A stretch of DNA of 64,000 nt from an uncultured Eubacteriales bacterium (lineage in GTDB: Bacteria; Bacillota; Clostridia; TANB77; UBA1234): NCBI GenBank assembly GCA_964400015.1, contig CAYNRR010000001.1, forward strand, positions 45,904 to 109,903, read 5' to 3'. The notes under the pieces were generated by a model. The model was not told the DNA's origin, made no database searches, and saw only the letters and a list, made by a program, of their open reading frames with translations. Both the position numbers and the translations under genes were made by a program. Of the stretch, positions 57,431 through 64,000 are shown in pieces. Position 1 is the stretch's first letter. Each line of letters opens with the position of its first letter.

Positions 57431-57949
57431 CTATTCTGCTTTTATTTCTAGAGCAATGTAAGATTTATTTGATTGTAATCTTACTTTTGATTTAACCATA
57501 TTAGCTTGTTCGTCATAATAAAGTACAGGTCTTACTTCATCTGGAATTTCAGGATCTATTATTGATATCGGTCTTCTAAAATTAGGAGTATATTTTAAAT
57601 CCTTATAATCCATATTTTCTTCACTAAATAATACTTGAAATCCAACTTTGCTAGGTTGTTTAGAAACGTATAGTTTATCGTCTTCTGTAAACAACGCTGA
57701 ATTTAAAAATGCTTTACTACCGCCGATTGTTAAAAGAATCAATTTCTTTTCTGCATTTGCTGTATCTGTATCTCTAAAATAAAACACCTTCTTTGAAGTA
57801 TCTAAAGGATTTGTGTACACACAATCAAGTTTTTGTAATGTACAATAATCTGTGCCTTCTTCTGGTTCATTGATTAAAAAAGCAAGTGTGCACATGCCTT
57901 TAGTATCAACTATTGTAAAGCTTTTTTCTGATATTGGTTCCATATTCAT
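57431..57949 (-). CDS. Hypothetical protein (172 aa)
   Basis: Clean ORF in the same operon-like run as the VirD4 gene. No motif recognised. Confidence 0.55.
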   Translation of the reverse strand: MNMEPISEKSFTIVDTKGMCTLAFLINEPEEGTDYCTLQKLDCVYTNPLDTSKKVFYFRDTDTANAEKKLILLTIGGSKAFLNSALFTEDDKLYVSKQPSKVGFQVLFSEENMDYKDLKYTPNFRRPISIIDPEIPDEVRPVLYYDEQANMVKSKVRLQSNKSYIALEIKAE

Positions 57950-58049
57950 TCCCCTTTTCTAGGACTTCAAGTCTTAATCCAGGAATCTAACCTTAAACAG
58001 CTATAGGTTAACCATTACGTAATTATTATAGCAAATAATTATGTAAATG

Positions 58050-58964
58050 TCAAATGTTGCCACGAGGATTAAAAGCTGAAATCTCCTTAATTTTAATAAA
58101 AAGTTCTTTCTCTTTTTCTGTCAATTTCTTAGGAATCATAATCTTAGCTGTAAATATCAAATCCCCTCTATCACCATTACCGTTTAAATAACCTCCATTA
58201 GGGATTCTAAATTTATCGCCAGTCACAGTTCCTGCTGGTATGTTCAAATATATATTAGAATCTAAACCGTTCACGCTTAATTCACATCCAAGTGCTGCTT
58301 CCCATGGTGTAATAGGCAAATCAGCATAAAAGTCTAAACCATCTAGTTTCAAAAATTTGTGAGGCAAAACATTGATTCTTATAAGCATATCTCCGTCTTT
58401 CCCACCATTTTTCCCAGGTTTGCCTTGTCCAGCAAGCCTAATTATTTCTCCGGAATGTAATCCTCTAGGTATTTTTACAACAACAGTTTTCAACTTATTG
58501 TTTGACATTTTATAGGCAATCTTTCTTTCGCCACCATAAAAAGCTTCTTCCAAACTAATGTCTATCTCAGATTCTAGGTTGTCACCCTGCACTTGTTTAT
58601 TTTCTGTATAATACTTGTCAATATTCGTAACAATTTTAGGCTCCTTTTTGGCACCAAAAAACAAGCTCATAAAATCTTGAGCACCATTGCTAACATTTAG
58701 TTTCGATTTAACATCGCTACCACTAAGTCCATCTTTAAATTTATATGCAAAATGCACCCTGTCATATTTCTTTCTAGAAATAGGATTTCCAAGGATTTGA
58801 TACGCTTCATTCACATCCTTGAATTTCTCGGCTACAGCATCATTACCTTGATTTAAATCAGGATGATATAGCTTCGCTAAATGCCTATATGCACTTTTTA
58901 CCTCGTCATCAGTAGCTTTAACGCTAGATAACCCTAGGATTTTATAATAATTCTTGTATTTCAA
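58050..58964 (-). CDS. DnaJ-family (CbpA-like) J-domain protein without zinc-finger region
   Basis: YYKILGLSSVKATDDEVKSAYRHLAKLYHPD (J-domain with HPD) and a C-terminal DnaJ_C-like beta domain. No CxxCxGxG repeats. Confidence 0.85.
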   Translation of the reverse strand: MKYKNYYKILGLSSVKATDDEVKSAYRHLAKLYHPDLNQGNDAVAEKFKDVNEAYQILGNPISRKKYDRVHFAYKFKDGLSGSDVKSKLNVSNGAQDFMSLFFGAKKEPKIVTNIDKYYTENKQVQGDNLESEIDISLEEAFYGGERKIAYKMSNNKLKTVVVKIPRGLHSGEIIRLAGQGKPGKNGGKDGDMLIRINVLPHKFLKLDGLDFYADLPITPWEAALGCELSVNGLDSNIYLNIPAGTVTGDKFRIPNGGYLNGNGDRGDLIFTAKIMIPKKLTEKEKELFIKIKEISAFNPRGNI

Positions 58965-59115
58965 ATTACTTCATTCCTTGCAAAAAACTACGAAAAATCG
59001 GGAAGTCCAACTCTTCAAAGGTATTATATCATAACTAGTTTTTAAAACAATAAAAAAACGTAAAAAAATACACTTCAAAATATTATAATTAAATACTTTA
59101 AAGTGTATTTCATTT

Positions 59116-61668
59116 TTAGTCTTTCCAACCTCTATAAACAACTGCGATTCCATTTAATTCGCCAAAAGCTATTCTATCTCCATCTTTTAGAATTAAATCT
59201 TCTTTTGCATAAAACTCAGTCTTAGCAAATCGCCATTCGCCTGTTTCATAATCTTGTGTAACATTGGCAAGTATGTATTTATATTCCATCAAATCAATTT
59301 CTTTGCCTTTGAACTCAAATGTTTCTCCTAACAAATTCAAGTCATTAGTATCATTTTTTACAGTTGCCACATGTGTATCTTTATTAAATGAACTTATGAT
59401 AACATCATTTGAATATCCTAAAAACTTTGTTTGGAATCTTTCTTTTATTTTCACGCTGTTATCACCAGATTCGTATGTTACAAGTTCGCCAACTGCACAA
59501 TCTCCACTTAGTATTTGGAACAAATTACTACCTCCACCTACCGTTGCAATTCTTACATTTAAAAGTGGAATATAGTCATCATCATCTGGATCTTCATCCA
59601 ACGTTTTTATTTTCTTCATCTCCGTAACACGTCCAACAGGATATGTTGTTTTATTTAATTCTCTTTCTGCAAAAACAATATCTATTTCCATATCATTATT
59701 GCATAGCAAGTTTATTTTATACTTACTCAAATTTTCTAATTGTTTGATACTAGATAATTTTGTAACTTCATACTTTTGAACTTCATCATTTGAATTATCT
59801 TGATAATACTTATTAACTCTAAATATTACTGTGTCATCAACTAATGTGTATTCTCCGAAAGCATCGTTGTAAAATTCATCTTCGCAATCATAAATTATCA
59901 ATATATCATCATCTTCATACATTTTGTTAGAATCAATAAGTTCTATTGTATCTGCTTTTTTACCAGAAATATCAGTAATCATTACAAAATCGCCAACTTT
60001 AAAATCATCTGCAGGCTCTAAATAATATTTAAGGTTTTTACCAGCTAATGAAAGTCCCCCCACATTCATTCTATCATCACCAGATGAATATGTTAAAGAA
60101 GTTATATAGAAAAATCTATAATCTCCATTGTCATATTTGTCGATAATACTACTTGGGCGATATCTTGAAAACTTTATAAATGATATCTCTTCTGCAGCAT
60201 TCAAATAAAACTCTGTCTTTCTTGATAAAAGTTCTTCTAACTTAGCTTTTTTCATATTTTGGCTATACGAAAAAACTTTAAGCGAATCATCATCTTTGCT
60301 CACTGTTTCACCCATTATAGAATATTTACAATTGGCTGAAACAATATATTTATCGCCATCTATATACAACTCTTTTAAATTCGAATAATCTGTTATAACT
60401 CCATCAATAACTTTATTTTCATATGTATACAATTTGTTTGGAATAAGTTGTGTCAAAATAACGTCTTCTTCTAAGTCTTCCCAATCAATTCTTTTACCAT
60501 TTTTTATAACGATTGCATTATTGTTTGTAAAAGGATCTTCTGAATCGTTCAAATAAATATCTGCATAATCTTTTGTTGAATCATCATCATCGTCATCCTC
60601 TTTTTTTACTTCGATACTCTCTACATAGTATGAATTAGAGCCATCAACCAAAACTGATCTTAAAATTTCATTATCTTCTTTTGAAACTAATAAATATGCA
60701 TAATTAGCTTTTGATTGAGAACCAAGCACTGATTCACTTTTACTTCTTTTTAGGTTATATCCTTTTTCCTCTAAATAAAATATAGGACCCGAAACAATTT
60801 TATAGTCTTCTAAATTTTCATCTATTGATAAGCCATAAATAACTTTTTCATTAGTATCATAAACAGCTGTTGCTCTAGCACCAACTGCATAGATTGGAAC
60901 TTCTGAATCTGTATCGTATTGTCTACCATTGATAGTTACAGAAATCATATCTCCAGATGAACCATCTGAAATTGACGATATGATTCCATCTATTGCATAA
61001 AAGTCTGGGAACAATACTTCAAGTTGTGGTTTGCTCGAATATGTGTAATATAGTCCACTTACGTCTGTTTCAGATTTTATTACCCATCTGTTTGAAACCA
61101 ACATATTCCACCAGATCATAGCTACGTCGCCACGTTTCATAGGATCCTCATAACTATTGTATCCATCAACTCCAACATCAAGATCGATTTCAAACATTCT
61201 CTTGATGTATCCTGAATACCAAGTGGTTCCTGAAGTTTCATCTATATTAACATATCCTAATCCTCTTAAAATAATTGCAACAACTTCAGCATAAGAAACT
61301 TCTTTGTCTGGTTTAAAAGTACCATCGCTATAGCCTTTTAAAAGTTCCAAATCTGCTGCAGTTGCAATATATTTTTCTGCCCAGTGACCTTTAGTATCTT
61401 TGAAATTAGATTTAATATCCGAAGTATCTGCATATTTCTGCAAACCTTTAGTATAAACTATCATCTTAGCAAGTTCAGCTCTAGTAATACTTTTATTAGG
61501 AGCAAATGCTTTCTCCGACACTCCATTTATTATTCCTAATTTAGCAACTCTATCAACTACACCTTCATATTTTGTTCCTTTAATATCATAAAAGTTAGCA
61601 GCGAGTGTGACAGATGAAAAACACATAATCAAACAAGTTAATAAAGTACAAATCTTTATTTTTTTCAT
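59116..61668 (-). CDS. S-layer homology (SLH) domain cell-wall protein
   Basis: Signal peptide MKKIKICTLLTCLIMCFSSVTLA. The SLH repeats are F.DIKGTKYEGVVDRVAKLGIINGVSEKAFAPNKSITRAELAKMIV and FKDTKGHWAEKYI ... GYSDGTFKPDKEVSYAEVVAIILR. The start was moved to 61668. Confidence 0.85.
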   Translation of the reverse strand: MKKIKICTLLTCLIMCFSSVTLAANFYDIKGTKYEGVVDRVAKLGIINGVSEKAFAPNKSITRAELAKMIVYTKGLQKYADTSDIKSNFKDTKGHWAEKYIATAADLELLKGYSDGTFKPDKEVSYAEVVAIILRGLGYVNIDETSGTTWYSGYIKRMFEIDLDVGVDGYNSYEDPMKRGDVAMIWWNMLVSNRWVIKSETDVSGLYYTYSSKPQLEVLFPDFYAIDGIISSISDGSSGDMISVTINGRQYDTDSEVPIYAVGARATAVYDTNEKVIYGLSIDENLEDYKIVSGPIFYLEEKGYNLKRSKSESVLGSQSKANYAYLLVSKEDNEILRSVLVDGSNSYYVESIEVKKEDDDDDDSTKDYADIYLNDSEDPFTNNNAIVIKNGKRIDWEDLEEDVILTQLIPNKLYTYENKVIDGVITDYSNLKELYIDGDKYIVSANCKYSIMGETVSKDDDSLKVFSYSQNMKKAKLEELLSRKTEFYLNAAEEISFIKFSRYRPSSIIDKYDNGDYRFFYITSLTYSSGDDRMNVGGLSLAGKNLKYYLEPADDFKVGDFVMITDISGKKADTIELIDSNKMYEDDDILIIYDCEDEFYNDAFGEYTLVDDTVIFRVNKYYQDNSNDEVQKYEVTKLSSIKQLENLSKYKINLLCNNDMEIDIVFAERELNKTTYPVGRVTEMKKIKTLDEDPDDDDYIPLLNVRIATVGGGSNLFQILSGDCAVGELVTYESGDNSVKIKERFQTKFLGYSNDVIISSFNKDTHVATVKNDTNDLNLLGETFEFKGKEIDLMEYKYILANVTQDYETGEWRFAKTEFYAKEDLILKDGDRIAFGELNGIAVVYRGWKD

Positions 61669-61707
61669 TTGCAAGCCCCCTATATACATACTCTTTAGTA
61701 TAATTTG

Positions 61708-62898
61708 TTATTTAACAATTTTAGCTCCACCTGTTGCATGACTAATTATATCTGATTTGTATGTGTAATTATTCTTTTTCTTTTCTGCAAATTCATCTTC
61801 TGCAATTTCAATTAACTTATCTACTAATTGATGATATTTTACACCTTCAAAATCCCATAGATAAAATGCAAAAGAACCTGGTATTGTATTTATTTCATTC
61901 ACATAAACTTTTCCATCAGCATTGTCTATTATAAAATCTACACGAACAACGCCTTTTGAATTTAATGCTTTAAATACTCTTGCTGTTAAATCTTTAATTT
62001 CAGCTGTTTGTTCAGGTGTTATTTCAGCAGGAACTTTACGAGACATTGTTTGCATTCCAGCAGCACCTTTTGTACCACCTTTAGCTCCACCTGTTTTTCC
62101 ACCTCTTAAATATTTTTCATCAAAAGTTAAAAATTCTTTCCAAGATACTGGTTGTTCACATACAGATACTGCAACTTTACTTGCACGGCCTAATGCAGAA
62201 CAATTTATTTCAGAAATATTTTCAACTCCATTTTCAACAATAATTCTTTCATCATAGCAAACTGCAATATCAATAGCAGCAATTAGCGTATCTCTATCAA
62301 TAGCTTTTGAAATTCCTATACTTGAACCAAGGTTTGAAGGTTTTACAAACATTGGGTATCTTAAAACTGCTTCAATTTGAGCAATTATTGCCTCTCTCGC
62401 AACTTGCCATTCATCTCTCAAAAAGTATGTATATGGCAAAACAGGAATCAAGTTTGCTTCAAAAACTTTTTTCATTAAAATTTTATCCATACCTACACTG
62501 GCACCCAAAACGCCAGATGAAGTATATGGTATGTTTGCAAGTTCAAGCAATCCTTGAAGCGAACCGTCTTCTCCATTCATACCATGCATAGCAGGAATAA
62601 CTACATCAAGAGGAATAAAAATTTCTTTAGTTAAAAAACCTTTTGAAGAAATTACTATTCCAGGTTTATTGGGTGGAATATATCCTTTATCAATTCCACC
62701 TTTTAAATTATCAAAATCTTTATATATGTTTGGCTCTAAAAGTTTATCTCCAACATACCATTCCCCATCTGAATGAATATATATAGGAATAACTTGATAC
62801 TTTCTTCTATCAATGTTTTCCATAAGTTGTAGTGCTGTAACAACTGAAACTTCATGTTCACATGTTACGCCACCAAAAATAACACCTACTTTTTTCAT
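61708..62898 (-). CDS. ddl: D-alanine--D-alanine ligase
   Basis: MKKVGVIFGGVTCEHEVSVVTA ... HGMNGEDGSLQGLLE ... EINTIPG. 396 aa, with a Gly/Lys-rich insertion. Confidence 0.9.
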   Translation of the reverse strand: MKKVGVIFGGVTCEHEVSVVTALQLMENIDRRKYQVIPIYIHSDGEWYVGDKLLEPNIYKDFDNLKGGIDKGYIPPNKPGIVISSKGFLTKEIFIPLDVVIPAMHGMNGEDGSLQGLLELANIPYTSSGVLGASVGMDKILMKKVFEANLIPVLPYTYFLRDEWQVAREAIIAQIEAVLRYPMFVKPSNLGSSIGISKAIDRDTLIAAIDIAVCYDERIIVENGVENISEINCSALGRASKVAVSVCEQPVSWKEFLTFDEKYLRGGKTGGAKGGTKGAAGMQTMSRKVPAEITPEQTAEIKDLTARVFKALNSKGVVRVDFIIDNADGKVYVNEINTIPGSFAFYLWDFEGVKYHQLVDKLIEIAEDEFAEKKKNNYTYKSDIISHATGGAKIVK

Positions 62899-62928
62899 CT
62901 ATAACAGACTCCTTTCATAAAAGCTTCC

Positions 62929-64000
62929 CTATTCATTATAACTATCTGGCAAATCATTTTCAAATAATATTACATCACCAATTCGTGAAATTTCAGCAAG
63001 TTTTACAGTAGCAGCATTTAAGTCAGGAACGACATAAATATTAGCATCATCAAAATTGCCTTGTCTTAAGCCTTCAACGATTGGCTCACTTCTTTTATTA
63101 CCAACCAATATAGCAACATCTACTACTGACGCCATGTATTTCCCGAACTTTTTATTTTCATTTTTTTCTTCTTTGCCTAATTCAACCATTCCTGGTGTAA
63201 TAACAACTTTTCTGCCTTTAAAATTTCCAAGGACATCAATTGCCATCTTAGCTCCAACAGGATTTGAATTAAACGCATCGTCTATAACGATAGTACCGTT
63301 ATTATTATTTAATATTTGTAGTCTATGTGGAACCGGTTCTATTTTTTTAATACCAGCTTCAATTTGAGTTCTTGTAAGTCCCAGTTTCACAGCAATTGCA
63401 ATACATCCCAAAATATTTTCAATATTGTGTTTTCCAAGTAAAATAGTTGAGCATTTAATATCTCCAATTGGTGTAACAGCTGTAAAATTACTTCCATTCT
63501 CATCAAGAACAATGTCCTTAGCATAAACATCAGCACGTTTATCTTCTAAAGAATATGAATATTTTTCTTTTTCTTCTTTATTAAATAATTTTTTGCAATG
63601 TTCATTATCTCTAGGCAAAAATACCACGCCGTCGCTAGGCAATGAATATATAAGCTCTGCTTTTGTAGAAACAATATTATCTATATTTTTAAAAGTTTCT
63701 AAATGTTGAGGCCCAATTGATGTAATAAGACCATACTTTGGATTTACTATATCACATATTTCTAAGATATCTCTTTTATATCTCGCACCCATTTCAGAAA
63801 TAAAAACTTCATGTTCAGGCTTTAGTTGTTCTCTAATTACTCTTACATTACCCATTGTAGTATTGTAGCTTTCAGGAGTAGCAAGCACGTTATATTTTTC
63901 ACTTAAAATAGTCTTAAGTATAAACTTCGTACTTGTTTTTCCATAACTACCTGTAATACCTATTTTAATTAAATTCTTATGTTGTTTCTTTTTTAATATT
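62929..64000 (-). CDS. murF: UDP-N-acetylmuramoyl-tripeptide--D-alanyl-D-alanine ligase, 5' end outside the window
   Basis: The frame stays open upstream of the tracked Met to the window edge and encodes GITGSYGKTSTK, the Mur ligase P-loop. It sits immediately upstream of ddl. Confidence 0.85.
   Translation of the reverse strand, partial: ILKKKQHKNLIKIGITGSYGKTSTKFILKTILSEKYNVLATPESYNTTMGNVRVIREQLKPEHEVFISEMGARYKRDILEICDIVNPKYGLITSIGPQHLETFKNIDNIVSTKAELIYSLPSDGVVFLPRDNEHCKKLFNKEEKEKYSYSLEDKRADVYAKDIVLDENGSNFTAVTPIGDIKCSTILLGKHNIENILGCIAIAVKLGLTRTQIEAGIKKIEPVPHRLQILNNNNGTIVIDDAFNSNPVGAKMAIDVLGNFKGRKVVITPGMVELGKEEKNENKKFGKYMASVVDVAILVGNKRSEPIVEGLRQGNFDDANIYVVPDLNAATVKLAEISRIGDVILFENDLPDSYNE

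Noticed and set aside
58971-59153. 60-aa minus-strand ORF between the DnaJ-like and SLH genes
   Set aside because: It overlaps the 3' end of the SLH gene, has no RBS and has AT-driven composition. It is most likely non-coding promoter and terminator sequence.

Overview
This is a low-GC chromosomal segment. Spot counts on single 60-nt lines give about 23-33% G+C. It comes from a spore-forming, Clostridia-like Firmicute. Recognisable core genes are glgP, pyk, cotJABC, spoIIE, smc, lemA-htpX, mnmA, an acyl-CoA ligase, a dnaD/dnaI-like loader pair, a yhaO/yhaN-like nuclease/ATPase pair, a DnaJ-like protein, an SLH wall protein, ddl and murF (truncated at the window end). There are also five tRNA genes with their own sigma-A-type promoters. 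The window opens inside a giant gene of more than 1881 codons that is missing from the ORF track because it runs off the window edge. It encodes at least 18 tandem repeats of about 74 aa. The backbone is interrupted by gene-bounded patches of visibly higher G+C (about 38-45% by the same spot counts). These are (i) a TelA / vWA-lipoprotein / XpaC-like / NitT-TauT-type ABC island with two paralogous SBP-OmpA fusion proteins (10.5-19.0 kb), (ii) an orphan Cys-cluster protein (20.9-21.6 kb), (iii) a radical SAM/SPASM enzyme followed by an untracked 39-codon Cys-rich peptide ORF (35.9-37.4 kb), and (iv) an HrpA/HrpB-like DEAH-family helicase (49.3-51.5 kb). The best candidate for an uncharacterised system is (iii), a minimal two-gene RiPP-like unit. 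Other items worth follow-up: an incomplete T4SS-like membrane module with two VirD4-like ATPases but no VirB4, relaxase or integrase in view. A 153-bp MITE-like or invertible element with 23-bp inverted repeats and a 6-bp flanking direct repeat. A pilin-anchored protein with six Cys pairs. A Rad50-like ATPase with a transmembrane hairpin at its centre. No CRISPR array, rRNA, integrase or transposase was seen. All functional calls rest on motif recognition by eye and no searches were run.
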